Origin: Hyaloraphidium curvatum SAG 235-1
Lineage: Eukaryota; Fungi; Monoblepharomycota
DNA length: 64,000 nt
Assembly: GCA_025558095.1 (NCBI GenBank)
Contig: JAIVFI010000011.1
Span: 558,001-622,000, forward strand
Reading direction: 5' to 3'
The notes below the pieces were generated by a model. That model had not been told where the DNA came from. It made no database searches and was given only the letters and a program-made list of their open reading frames with translations. Of the stretch, positions 53,381 to 64,000 are shown in pieces. The stretch's first letter is position 1. Every line of letters starts with the position of its first letter. Made by a program: the position numbers and the translations under genes.

Positions 53381-54438
53381 TTACACCTGCGTGACGGGAT
53401 CCGAGGCCTCGAGCGTGGCCATCACCACCCCCGGCTTCTCCGCCGGCGCCTCCGCGGCCTTCTCGGGCTGCCACCCCACTGTGCCCGTCAGCTTGGGCGC
53501 GAACCTCTCCATCAGCGCAAAGGTGAGCGAGGCCGACCAGCCGAGCCAGCCAAAGACGTCCATCGCGAGGGTGCCCTGGATCTTGCCGCACGCCGAGTTG
53601 GCGCTGCCGCCCCACCAGTAGCCGTCGGAGCAGTAGTTCCACGAGGCGGCGTTGGCCATGGCGGCCGTCCAGAAGACCCATTCGATGATGTTGATCAGGA
53701 TCCAGACCCACTGCACCACGTTGCGGTCGGTGTTGCCCCAGACGGACATGATGGCGACGTAGGCGGGCTGCCGGCGCGAAGTTGATCAGCGGGTGATCGC
53801 GGCATTCGGAGCGGCAGGAAGCGCACCTTGTACCCGAACATGACGGCCAGCACGCCGGCGTACAGCCAGCCCTGCAGACCGTTGAAGATCTGCCACCCGA
53901 ACGAGACGTACCAGGTCCCGTTGGCCGAGGCGGCGATGCACATGGCGATGAAGGCGATCAGGGAGAGGGTGGCGTAGCCGATGCAGAGGCCGTTGGTGGG
54001 GCCGCCCGAGACGAACCACTGCGTGCGGGGGAGGATGGGGAAGGGGTGGATCAGCGGAGGGAGCGGCGTTGATCACGGGGTGATGCGGGTGATCACGGGG
54101 AGGGAAGCGGAGGTGGTGATCAGAACGGATCAGCGCACTCCCCGCCCGCGGAAACCCACCGACATGTACTTGTTGGGCGGCGCGACGTACGTGTAGCTCC
54201 TCTTGAGCGGGTTGTCCGCCGGCGGCGCGACCACCACGACGGTGGTCCCCGCGGGCTGCGGGGCGTCCGACATGGACACGGGGGCGGGGTAGGCGGCGGC
54301 GACGGCGGGTTCGAACGAGTTGGCGGGGGCCTCGGCGGCGACGGCGACGGGCTCGGGGGGGGCGGGGTACTTTGCGGCGAGGTCCTCGTTGGCGAGGTTG
54401 GCGGCGACGGCGGCCTTTTCGTCGGCGGTGTCGGCCAT
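53381..54438 (-). CDS. MARVEL-like four-TM membrane protein, 3 exons
   Basis: Pro/Ala-rich N-terminus, four TM helices, E.VFWTAAMA..C..C..G.LA..F..W..SL; GT-AG introns. Confidence 0.7.
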
Positions 54439-55319
54439 TGCGGTTGGAGGTGCGAAGATGGAGTTCTGAATGCGATTAAGCTGGAAATCAGGGGTGGGGA
54501 GACGGGGGGGAGGGGAGGGAGGGGAGGAGGGGAGTCAGAAGCAGTCAAACTCGCTCGGGCCAACCCCGCGCCGCGCCGCCCCGCAAGCCCGACGCGCCCC
54601 GCCGGGAACGCATCGCGCCCTCCCCGCGCGCCTGTCTGCGCCGCCGCCCCGCGCGCGACGTGCGCCGGCCGATGCCGTCCGGGGATGCCGCACTCCCGCG
54701 CCGGCGCGCGGTGCTCCCTCCAACGCCGCGGTGCGCGCGCGTGCCGGGTGCCGGTGCTCACCGTGTGCTGCTTGGTGCCTGCTGCGGGGTGTCCTCCGGG
54801 CGGGCTCTTTATGCTGTGCGAGTTGGTGCTTTGCTTTGTGACGTCTTCTGACTCCCTCGGCCCCGCACAGCGGGCTGTGGTGATCTCTTTTTTTGATCTC
54901 TTTTTTCCGTCCCGCCGCCACACAGGCCCGTGATTTCACTTCACAGCGGCTCCGCCTGCGAGCTCAGCAGCGATGCAGGTAGGGACGCGATGGCGGCTGT
55001 GTCGCTCGGAGGCGGCACCAGCGCCGGACGCCATGGGTGGAGATCCGGCAGGTTGGTCGGGAGCGGCCGGCGCCGAGCGGATCAACCGCCCTTGCCGCTG
55101 GGCGCCTGAACCGACACATCGGTCCCGCAGTGCGGATCGTGCAGGATCGGGTGCGAAGGGGCCCGGAATGTGCTCTGCGGACGCGGACGAGTCCGAGGGA
55201 GGGCATCGGTCCCCTCAACTGGCGATCCCTCGCGTCCAAGGCTTCCGCTCCTCATTCGCAACAATTCCCGGCGGCGCCCCGAAACAGACCACGCCCGTTT
55301 CCCGCTCCGACCGCCGCGA

Positions 55320-56099
55320 TCACAGCTTCTCCCTTCCCGCCCCTTCGTCCGCCGTCCCACCCCTCCTCAGCGGCCTCGCCGGGGTGCCCACCCACGTCCA
55401 ACCCGGCTCGACGATGTCGCGGACCACCCTCGCGTGCATGCCGATCATGCTCCAGTCGGCCACCCTCGCCCCGTCCCTCACCACCGCCCCCATGCCCAAC
55501 CACACCCCCTCGCCCAGGCTCGCCCCCCCCGCGCACATCGCCCCCCCGCTGGCCTGCGGGTAGTCCCCTACGAGCGTGTCGTGGGAAAACGTCACGGGCC
55601 CCGAGAGCATGCAGAACCTGCCCACGATCGCCGCGTTGCCCACCGCCGCATGGTACCCGACGAAGGTGCCCTCGCCCAGCGCGGCCGTGGGCGCCACGTA
55701 GGCGGTCGGGTGCACCGCGACCGGGAACCGCAGGCGGGCGCGGGCGAGCTCGGCCCGCAGCTCGCACGCGAGGCGTTTCCGCACGGCGGGCTTGCCGTGG
55801 CACACGAAGGCATCGACGGGGCCGGCGCCGCAGAATGCCCGGGCGTCGTCGGCGGTCCGGAGGTGCACGAAGCCCGCGGCGGCCAGCGTGCGGTGGAGCG
55901 CCGGCCCCTCGTCCCACGCAGCCGCCCGCCCGGCCTCCGCCGAGTCGGCGTACTTCCCTCCCAGCGCGTCGAGCGTCACCCCGGCCTGCTTTCCCCCGCA
56001 GCGGAAGAGGACAAGCGGCGGAATGCCGATCGCCGGGTCCCTGCTGGGTCCCCGGCCCCGGCCCCCTCGCGGCCCCGCCGCCCCCCGCTCGCACTGCAT
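55320..56099 (-). CDS. Sugar O/N-acetyltransferase, NeuD/PglD family, paralog of 39804-40505
   Basis: LFRCGGKQA..WDEG, FPVAVHPTAYVAPTAALGEGTFV, FSHDTLVGD, VADWSMIGMHA..EPGWTWVGTPAR; start uncertain. Confidence 0.8.
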   Translation of the reverse strand: MQCERGAAGPRGGRGRGPSRDPAIGIPPLVLFRCGGKQAGVTLDALGGKYADSAEAGRAAAWDEGPALHRTLAAAGFVHLRTADDARAFCGAGPVDAFVCHGKPAVRKRLACELRAELARARLRFPVAVHPTAYVAPTAALGEGTFVGYHAAVGNAAIVGRFCMLSGPVTFSHDTLVGDYPQASGGAMCAGGASLGEGVWLGMGAVVRDGARVADWSMIGMHARVVRDIVEPGWTWVGTPARPLRRGGTADEGAGREKL

Positions 56100-56408
56100 C
56101 GCGGGGGTGGCACACGGAACAAGGGCCGCGGGTGCTGGCGCTCGATGCGGCGGCGGCAGGGGCGTCGGGCGTGGACCCCAGAACACTTGGTCCGAGGGCG
56201 CGGTCGCGGCGGCGGCGGCATCCTTGTTTGTCCCCAGCCCCCGACGAAGCCCCAAGGTGCGGATTCATCTTCCACTTGGACCACGCGATCACCGATGTTG
56301 CGTTAGCCACGTCCTGGGTGGGTGATGATGCGGGGCCCCTTTGCCCAATCCACAGGGCACATCAATTCGAATGACCAATCTTTCTGACCTGACGCCTCAA
56401 AATCCCTC

Positions 56409-58168
56409 CTACACATGGTACGCCGGCGGCGGCCCCTCCGGCACCCTCCCCTCGGCGCTCCGCCTCACGTCCTCGCTCTCCCTCCCGCTGCGGTACGACG
56501 GCGGCCTCGCGCCCGCCGCGAACCCCGGGAGCGCCTCGCCCGCGAGCTCCGACGGCAGCGCCGCGAGGCCGAACCTCCCCAGCCCAAACTCGTCGTCCGT
56601 CGCCGCCGATCCCGTCCGGTACGCGCGGTCGTACCCCGGCATCCCCGGAGGCACGCGCGCGGAGAGGTTGACCAGGAGTTCGCACGGCCCGCCGGCGCAG
56701 ACGACCGCGTGCAGCCCGGGGGTCTCGAAGACGAGGTTCTTTTCCCTTTCCGGGGACCCCTCGGGCGGCGGGGGCAGCTGCGCCGCCGAGGCGGCGAGGA
56801 ACCGCACCGAGGCCTGCGCCCCGAAGGCGGGCATGAAGTCGTGAGGGTCCCGCCCCGGGGGCGGCGACGCGGTCGCCGCCGCGCGCGCCGCCGCCGCCGC
56901 GCTGGGCAGCGCCGAGAAGGACCCCGACCGTCCGTACGACCCGCTCCGCACCTCGCGCTGCTGCGGCACCGCCAGCGGCGAGCCGTTCACCAGCACGTAC
57001 AGCCTCATCCCCCTCTCGGTCCGCCCGTCCGGCATCGCCTCCGACGTGCGCTTGAGCAGGATGCCGACGGTGTCGCCCTCCCCGCACAGCACCGCCCCCG
57101 GCTGCTTCAGCTTGGGCAGCTTGACCTCGACCACGGGCGGGTTGCCGGCCGCGCTGAGGCCCGCGGCGCCGGTGCACGCCGTTATGCGGATCTTGTGGCC
57201 GGGGGTGATGGAGACGCCGAAGGAGAGGGGGACGGTGCCGGGGGCGTAGTAGGGTAGGAAGGGCCGCGCGGCGGCGCCGATGGTGATGTTCACGGGGCGG
57301 GTGCGGTCGTCCCGGGGCTTGGGCACCCGTAGGAGGAGCACCTCGAAGTAGGCGTCCTCCTCCGTCGCCGCGCCCGGCGACTCCTCAGGCCCCCTGGACC
57401 GCGCGCGGAACGCCAGCGGCGCCTCGGAGCACGCGGCCCGCAGAAAGAACCGCTGGTTGAACCGCACGTGCCCCGTTCTCCCGACCTCGACCCCCGCGAA
57501 GCCCTGCGGCAGCCTTTTGGCCAGGTCGCGGGGCACGTTCTGGGGCAGCCCGTTGGGGAAGGTGAAGAAGCGCACGACGCGGTGCAGGCACTTGCGCTCG
57601 CCCTCGAAGAGGTCGAAGCAGGGCGTGAGGCCGCCCTCGCCCGGCGGGGGCATCGGTGGGAGGCGCGGGAGGAGGGCGAGCTCCGGGGGGTTGCCGCCGG
57701 AGCGGGCCTCGGCGAGGATCTGGTTGATCACGGCGCGGCGTTCCATGGCGCGGCGCCGCATGCTGTTTCGGCGGGCCGGGAGGCGTTGGCCATTACATGG
57801 ATTCAGTCGGGAGACGTCCGAGAGATAGAGGAAATCAGGAACGTCCCCGGGCACCCGCGGCAGGACCCACCGCATCTGGTACCGCGGAAACTCCAGCTCG
57901 ACATCGAAGCCGAACGCCATGCTGCTCTGGTACAGCATCGGCCTCAGCGCCTCTGCGGCGCTCACGTCGTCCTCGCCGCCGTCGTCGAACGCCGCCGGCG
58001 CCTCGGTCCGCCGCGCGCGCTTGGCCGCCAGCGCGACGTCGACGGTGCGGACGAGGCCGACTGCGGTGGGCGGCGGCGGGGGGCGGGCAAGGGGGGGCGG
58101 TGCGGCGCGGGAGACGGTCAGGAGAAAAGGGGGGCGGCCGGGAGGCACCCACGGAGCGCGGCCGCCAT
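56409..58168 (-). CDS. Divergent SPRY-domain (SSH4-like) protein with C-terminal PPxY motifs
   Basis: AYFEV..ITIGAAARPF..PG..SFG, GDTVGI, VNG, LHAVVCAGGPC..VNL; PPSY and PPAY; probable short first exon plus C-rich intron (about 58152-58061). Confidence 0.6.
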
Positions 58169-58676
58169 TGCGGTGGCACGCGGCGGGCCGCTGGAGGGGC
58201 AAGAGGCAGGATCCGGGGGCGCGGAAGCGCGGGAAAGCGGGTCGGAAGTGGCGTTATTCGAAGACGCGATAGAAGAGTGTCTCGGCGGTCAGGGCTTGGG
58301 GTCAACTTGGGGCGTCGTTCGTACCCATCCCGGCCGCTGATCCAGACGTAGCAGTCACGGATTTAGAAACAAGAGACAGGGAATAAGCGGTGCTTCGTCT
58401 TCTCGATCCGCGATCGAGCCGCTGGACCGGCATCGGAACCCGTTGCCTGGTGCGTTGTCCAAAGTCTCGCGCCACGCAGACCACGGACACAACGGGACCT
58501 TTCATCGCGGCCGAAAACAGCACGAATTTGGTTCTCAAAAAACGAGATGTCGGTGATCGCGAGGATCAGGACTGGGGCGTTGGCACTGCGCGCGTTGTTT
58601 AACGCGCGGCGTGGGGCGGGCCGGGCGGGCAATCTCGTTGCCCACTTCACGCCTCCACGACTCCGCGAAGGTCCCA

Positions 58677-60291
58677 ATGGAGGGCCCGGTGCCAATGTCT
58701 GCCTTTTTGCCGCCACCGGACTCGGCCGAAGCCGCCCCGGTCCCGGATTCCGGGGCGGGAGACGAACACGCCCTCCCCGTTCCCCCGCCCGAAGACGAGC
58801 CGCTGTTCGACGACCTCGAGTGGCTCGCCATATTTCCCACCCCGCCGCCGACATTGCTGCCTCCTCTCGGCCCGCCGACACGCGGCGAGCCGCGGCCGGA
58901 CCCCGATCCCGCCGCCCGCCTCCGCGCGGAGATGCCGCTAGACGCGGACTCGCTCGTCCGCGAGCTGTCGCGGGTCAGCCCCCCGCTCGGCCGGCTGGTT
59001 CGGTTCAGCCTCCTGATGGAACCCTGGGCCGGCCGTCCGTTGCTCCGCGGCGTCCTGCTCGCGGTCTTCTCCGCGCTGTTTGCGGTGCCTCCCATCCTGC
59101 TGAACGGGTTCGGGGGCACCACGTTCGGCAGCACGCAGCTCGTTGCGGGAACGGTCGCGATGCTCCTGGTCGTCCTCATCACCCTGCTCCACCCCGTCAT
59201 CCTCCGGGGCATGGCGAAGCAGTACCAGGCCGCCGCCGGGCGCTCGCGGCCCGCGCCGCGCGACTCGGTGGACAGGAGCGGGAGCGTCGTCTCGGGGATC
59301 GCGAGGTGGTCGCAGTCGCCGCCAGGGATGTCGCGACGGATGCTGAAATCGGAAGCAAGGACGGTACCGGGAGGAAAAGGCTCCTCTCGCACGTTTTCGG
59401 CGATCCTTACTGCCCGTGCCCGGCGGAATCGTGTGCCGGAGGGATCGTGCGCTACGAGGCACCTCTGCGGGTTCTGGACATGGTTCTTCGCGTTCTGGTC
59501 ATTTTCCCCCAATACTGCATAGGCATGCCGCGGACCTCCCTCGTGACTTTCGGCGGGGCGTTCTTTTCGACGTGGTACGGGCCGCCGATGCTGGTCTTCC
59601 TGCTCCTCGGGTTCTTCGCCTACCACTTTGTAAACGTCGTCGCCAGGCCCCAGGTCACCCTGGCAAGCCTGCAGCTTGCCGACAGGATCCAGCACCGCGC
59701 AACCGCCATGTCCCTGCGGTCCCTGGTGGACAAATATGCCGTTGACGGAGCACCCTTCGCCAACCGCCGTGCGACCACGGAACCGTACGAGATTATCACG
59801 CCCAGCTGTCGGCGCAGTGGCGCCAGGGCTTGCCGTACCTCACCTCGGGGCGCGGCCTCCTCGTCGTGGTGCTCCTGGTGTGCGTGCTCGTCTCCGTCGT
59901 CAACCTCGCCGCGGGCTCCTGCATCCCCATGTACGTCTTCTTCTTCCTCCTGTTCGCCGCCGTCTACGCCGGCTTCGACCTCGTCCTCGTCGCCGCCACC
60001 AACTCGAGCATCCAGGGCATCGCATCCCTGTACAAGGAGGCCCGCGCCTCGCTCCGTCGAGCGGCGCGATCGATGACCCCCGCCGCGGCCCGCGAACCAG
60101 CGCACCACGACGGCATCCTCGAGCTGTTCTGCGACACGGACCGTTACGCCGTGCGGTGGCTGGGCGCCGCGGTGACCATGGGCGCGCTGAGGGCCGTGGC
60201 CATCTCGGCGCTCACGGTCGCGGGGGTGTTCTACTCCCTGGTGAGGGGGAGCGGGATCTCGGTGACGCCGAAGACAATATGCGGAGGCTGA
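58677..60291 (+). pseudogene. Multi-TM family copy B (inverted relative to copy A) with two single-base frameshifts
   Basis: Collinear with 49893-51503; one C missing at about 59315 (CAG-TCGCC) and at about 59797 (ATC-AC versus ATC CAC). Confidence 0.8.
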
Positions 60292-60328
60292 TGTATTTGA
60301 AGGACGAAATGCAAGGTGCTTCAAGGAC

Positions 60329-61018
60329 CTTGTGCAACCGCCAGTCACCTCCGGATCCGTGGACGGGCAGCGCAGAGAAGAGACGGGTAGTACGGTATAA
60401 TTGATATGCGAATGATCAGAATGAGCAGCAATGCAGCTGATTTTTCTAGTGGGGTGCGACGACCATCTTCGGGGTCACGAGCGCGAGGGCGTTCCTCGAG
60501 AGGGCGGAGCAAGCCGCCAGGCCGGCCACGCCGGCAGCAGCGTTGCTGGCACCCGCGCGCACGGCAAACCCGGAGATCTCGACCTGCACGCCCCAGACGC
60601 CGCTCCAGTCCCAGTCGTTGGGGTCCATGTTGGCGCTCGGCGAGATGCGGAACTTGCCAAACACCGAAGGCACGTAGTAGCGGGCCGATGCGTCCGAGGT
60701 GAGGGCGCCGGGCACGGTGACGTGCCATCCGTTGGTCGGCTCGACCTGCATCGCGTAGGTCCACGGGGTCGCCAGGAAGTCCTCGATGTAGCGCGCCCCC
60801 GTGGGGAGGGTGAGCGTGTTGCGGTACTCGCCGGTCGGCTTGATGTCGAGTTGGAGGATGGGAGTGTCGCCGGGCGCGGCGTCGCCGACGAACTGGATGC
60901 CGTAGGGCTTCAGGTTGATCTGCAGCATGTGCACATCGTCCAGGCCGCCGAAGTGGTTGCGCAGGGCCGGCAGGGTGGGGTCGCGCAGGTCCAGGAAGGC
61001 GGTGCCGTGCGCCGAGAG
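60329..61018 (+). repeat. Direct repeat copy 1 (~690 bp)
   Basis: By eye identical to 63309-64000 apart from a 2-nt indel near the start. Confidence 0.93.
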
Positions 61019-61078
61019 GTCAGAGATGAAGGTCGGGTCCATGTGGATCCAGCTCGAATTGCACACGGGCTGCGACAT
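60446..61078 (-). CDS. Hypothetical protein (210 aa, hydrophobic C-terminus), possibly 5'-truncated
   Basis: Strong coding codon bias; no recognised motif; upstream sequence runs into a retroelement remnant. Confidence 0.5.
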   Translation of the reverse strand: MSQPVCNSSWIHMDPTFISDLSAHGTAFLDLRDPTLPALRNHFGGLDDVHMLQINLKPYGIQFVGDAAPGDTPILQLDIKPTGEYRNTLTLPTGARYIEDFLATPWTYAMQVEPTNGWHVTVPGALTSDASARYYVPSVFGKFRISPSANMDPNDWDWSGVWGVQVEISGFAVRAGASNAAAGVAGLAACSALSRNALALVTPKMVVAPH

Positions 61079-61189
61079 GGCCGCCTGGTTGTCGAGCGAA
61101 GTCGGCGTGGTCGCACGTCATGTGCGCGCCGTCGGGACCCGCTCGGTGCACGTGTAGGACGACTTGCCGCGCAGCTCCCGCAGCTTCGT

Positions 61190-61530
61190 CAAGGAGAGCC
61201 ACCAACCCCTACTTGAACAAGAGTTATGCAGAGGCGACACTTTTGGCAGAGACCACGGTTGTTAACCAAATAGACAGGATGTTCCGGCCATCATGGAGAG
61301 CTACGGAGCGTTCAACGAGGATGCCGAGCGCCTCATCAAGAAGATTGCGCACATCAAGTACGCCAACGAGGACGATATCGATGGCCTGCGCGCACTCTTT
61401 ACGTGCCGTGCCCGCCAACGCCTTTCAGTGGCCTGCATGAAGGGCAACGCGGCCATCTATACCGCTTTTAGGGAGAAAGGATACAAATATCCGACGGCCG
61501 CCGATGCGGCCTAATGTATTGTAGACGTTC
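61190..61530 (+). mobile_element. 3' remnant of an RLE-type non-LTR retrotransposon (restriction-like endonuclease C-terminus)
   Basis: FRP/IMESYGAFNEDAERLIKKIA..RQRLSVACMKGNA matches the FxPxxxExxG..SvxxqrGNA end of CRE/R2-group endonucleases; frameshifted; AT-richer than flanks. Confidence 0.65.
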
Positions 61531-61625
61531 AACCGCATTAGATCCGTCAGACATTGAAGTAGACAGGACACACAATTCTCCCAACTCCCAAGCTACATGT
61601 AGCGAAATCCGGGCCATCTAGACAT

Positions 61626-62489
61626 CTACACAACGAAAACAGCGACGACCGCAGCAACCAGCGCGCCCACGACGGCGCTCCAAGAGTACGCTGCAGATCC
61701 AATGAGTCCAGACGAAGGCTTCGAAGTCGTGGTCGCGATCGGGCCCGCGGCCCCTGTGGGCGTCGCCGTCGCCGTCGCTGTTGGGGGAGTTGGGGGCCCC
61801 GGTACCGCCTCCGTCGCACCCAGCAGCCCTCCCGTCTTTTTCGTCCCCGTCACCGTCGCCGCCACCCCTGTCTTTGTCGGCAGCGGCGGCGGCACGGGCC
61901 TCGTGTCCGACTTGATCGGGGGCCTCGTGGTCCACGCCTCCTTATCCACCGGCACCACGGTCGACGCCGCCGCGGCCGCAACTCCCGTCGCCTTGTTCGT
62001 GGCGGTCCTCTCCGGCGCGCCTTCGCTGTACAAATCCGACGGCACGGCCAGCACCGACTGCACCTCGTCGTTCGACACCCAGTACACGTACGGCGGGTAC
62101 TCAAACGCGGGAGGATCGCCGTAAGTGTAGTAAATCATGCACTGCGGGATGCAGTCCCCCATGTCCCCGGGCACCCAAAACGTCATGTCCCGCAGCTTGT
62201 CGGTCGAATCGTTCCCGTCGTACCCGTCGCGCCACAGGCACAAGCAACCCGAGAAGCCCTTGTCGCAGTAGTCCCATCGCTCGCCGTACCAGTCGTTGTA
62301 GATGCCGCAGTGGCCCTGGGTGATGCACCACGGGGTGCGGTCGAAGGCGGAGGGGCCGCAGTCGGACTTGCAGAAGCAGCCGGTGTTGGAGACCTTCTGT
62401 GCCGCGGCGGGTGCGAGCGCGAGCAGCAGGGAAAGCGCGAAGATGCCGGCCGCGGGGAGCACGGAGAGCGCGGCGCGGCGGGCGTTCAT
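61626..62489 (-). CDS. Secreted, probably GPI-anchored protein with Cys-rich kringle/FN2-like domain and Thr/Pro stalk
   Basis: Signal peptide; C.C..C..PWCIT..CG..WDYC; T/P/A-rich stalk; hydrophobic C-terminus. Confidence 0.75.
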   Translation of the reverse strand: MNARRAALSVLPAAGIFALSLLLALAPAAAQKVSNTGCFCKSDCGPSAFDRTPWCITQGHCGIYNDWYGERWDYCDKGFSGCLCLWRDGYDGNDSTDKLRDMTFWVPGDMGDCIPQCMIYYTYGDPPAFEYPPYVYWVSNDEVQSVLAVPSDLYSEGAPERTATNKATGVAAAAASTVVPVDKEAWTTRPPIKSDTRPVPPPLPTKTGVAATVTGTKKTGGLLGATEAVPGPPTPPTATATATPTGAAGPIATTTSKPSSGLIGSAAYSWSAVVGALVAAVVAVFVV

Positions 62490-63025
62490 TACAGTTGGAG
62501 AAGTGTGAGCCCAAACGGTTTGGCTCGGTGGCTCTACGAGGTGGAAGGGTAGTTTTTGGGAGGCAGGGCGCGCTTGTCGTGTATATTGCCTTCGAACGGT
62601 TTGGCACTGTCTCCCCCTCAGCCTCATCGCGCGCCTGCCCTGAGCCCGCACCAAAACCCCCAAAACGGAACTCGCCAAAATCAATGATTCCCGCGGGAAA
62701 CTCACCAAACTGTGCTGCAAAACATGATAAACCATGTTGGCAATGTAATCCGTAGGTTTCCCAAGGGACAGCGTGCCAACGGGCAAGGTGGTCTGTTCCG
62801 CACGGCCGGTCGCCGGTGACTTAGCGACGCCAGTCCCCGCCCAAATCAAAGTCGCTCCCCTACGCGATGGAGGAGATGATGTTCGAGTTCGACACCGGGC
62901 CGCCACCGAAAAAGCCGGCCAAAGCCAAACCTTCCTCAGGATCCGCGGCTCCGCCGTCGCTGTTCTCGAAGTGGAACTCGGCGCGACCTTCGCGGAACGC
63001 GCCTGCACCACTCCGCGAGGTCCCA

Positions 63026-63305
63026 ATGGAGGACCCGATGGCGGCGCCTGCCTTTTTGTCGCCTATGGACCCGGCCGAGCCCGCCTCGGCGCGGGATTCC
63101 GGGGCAGGAAACGCTCCCGCCCTCCCCGCTCCCCCTCGGGAAGACGAACCGCTGTTCGACGGCCACGAATGGCTCGTCATTTTTTCCCACCCCGCCGCCC
63201 ACATTGCTACCTCCCCTCGGCCGGCCAGCGCGCGGCGAGGCCCTGCCTGACCCGGATCCCGCCAAGAACCTGCGCGCGGAGATGACCCTCGACGCCGCGG
63301 CGCTG
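63026..63305 (+). pseudogene. 5' fragment of multi-TM family (copy C), truncated and frameshifted
   Basis: MEDPMAAPAFL..EDEPLFDGHEWLVIF..PDPDPAKNLRAEM matches the N-termini of copies A and B, then breaks off. Confidence 0.75.
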
Positions 63306-63308
63306 GTT

Positions 63309-64000
63309 CTTGTGCAACCGCCTCAGTCACCTCCGGATCCGTGGACGGGCAGCGCAGAGAAGAGACGGGTAGTACGGTATAATTGATATGCGAATGATCA
63401 GAATGAGCAGCAATGCAGCTGATTTTTCTAGTGGGGTGCGACGACCATCTTCGGGGTCACGAGCGCGAGGGCGTTCCTCGAGAGGGCGGAGCAAGCCGCC
63501 AGGCCGGCCACGCCGGCAGCAGCGTTGCTGGCACCCGCGCGCACGGCAAACCCGGAGATCTCGACCTGCACGCCCCAGACGCCGCTCCAGTCCCAGTCGT
63601 TGGGGTCCATGTTGGCGCTCGGCGAGATGCGGAACTTGCCAAACACCGAAGGCACGTAGTAGCGGGCCGATGCGTCCGAGGTGAGGGCGCCGGGCACGGT
63701 GACGTGCCATCCGTTGGTCGGCTCGACCTGCATCGCGTAGGTCCACGGGGTCGCCAGGAAGTCCTCGATGTAGCGCGCCCCCGTGGGGAGGGTGAGCGTG
63801 TTGCGGTACTCGCCGGTCGGCTTGATGTCGAGTTGGAGGATGGGAGTGTCGCCGGGCGCGGCGTCGCCGACGAACTGGATGCCGTAGGGCTTCAGGTTGA
63901 TCTGCAGCATGTGCACATCGTCCAGGCCGCCGAAGTGGTTGCGCAGGGCCGGCAGGGTGGGGTCGCGCAGGTCCAGGAAGGCGGTGCCGTGCGCCGAGAG
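63309..64000 (+). repeat. Direct repeat copy 2 (continues past window end); carries a second copy of the hypothetical gene on the - strand (stop at 63428)
   Basis: Same translated ORFs as copy 1 at offset +2982. Confidence 0.93.

Noticed and set aside
1-64000. tRNA, rRNA and other structured RNA genes
   Set aside because: None recognisable by eye; a covariance-model scan would be needed to exclude them.

Overview
Gene-dense, very GC-rich eukaryotic DNA with short GT-AG introns. Gene content (TPS1, QCR8, MET5, CWC21, MARVEL and SSH4-like SPRY genes) points to a fungus; the GC content and lineage-expanded F-box-like and multi-TM families suggest an early-diverging, chytrid/monoblepharid-like one (inference, unverified). 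About 1-37 kb is mostly housekeeping: TPS1, BVMO, class II aldolase, QCR8, sulfite reductase beta, 3beta-HSD-like SDR, CWC21, GGT and gamma-glutamyl hydrolase head-to-head, CHY zinc finger, TBC GAP, a cytochrome b5-DAO fusion and a GH78 rhamnosidase. About 37-64 kb is accessory and dynamic. The best candidate for an undescribed system is an intron-less cluster at 39.8-49.8 kb: NeuD/PglD-type acetyltransferase, two tandem WavQ-like proteins, MmgE/PrpD, an ATP-grasp enzyme, a GT-A and a GT14 glycosyltransferase, with a second NeuD/PglD paralog at 55-56 kb. It looks like a glycan biosynthesis/decoration cluster partly built from bacterial-type genes. Also notable: a possible internally deleted pentameric ligand-gated ion channel, three copies of a GR/7TMIC-like membrane gene, a decayed zinc-finger-repeat/HNH-like gene, a non-LTR retrotransposon endonuclease remnant and a recent duplication at the window end. 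All family calls come from motif recognition only; no searches were run.
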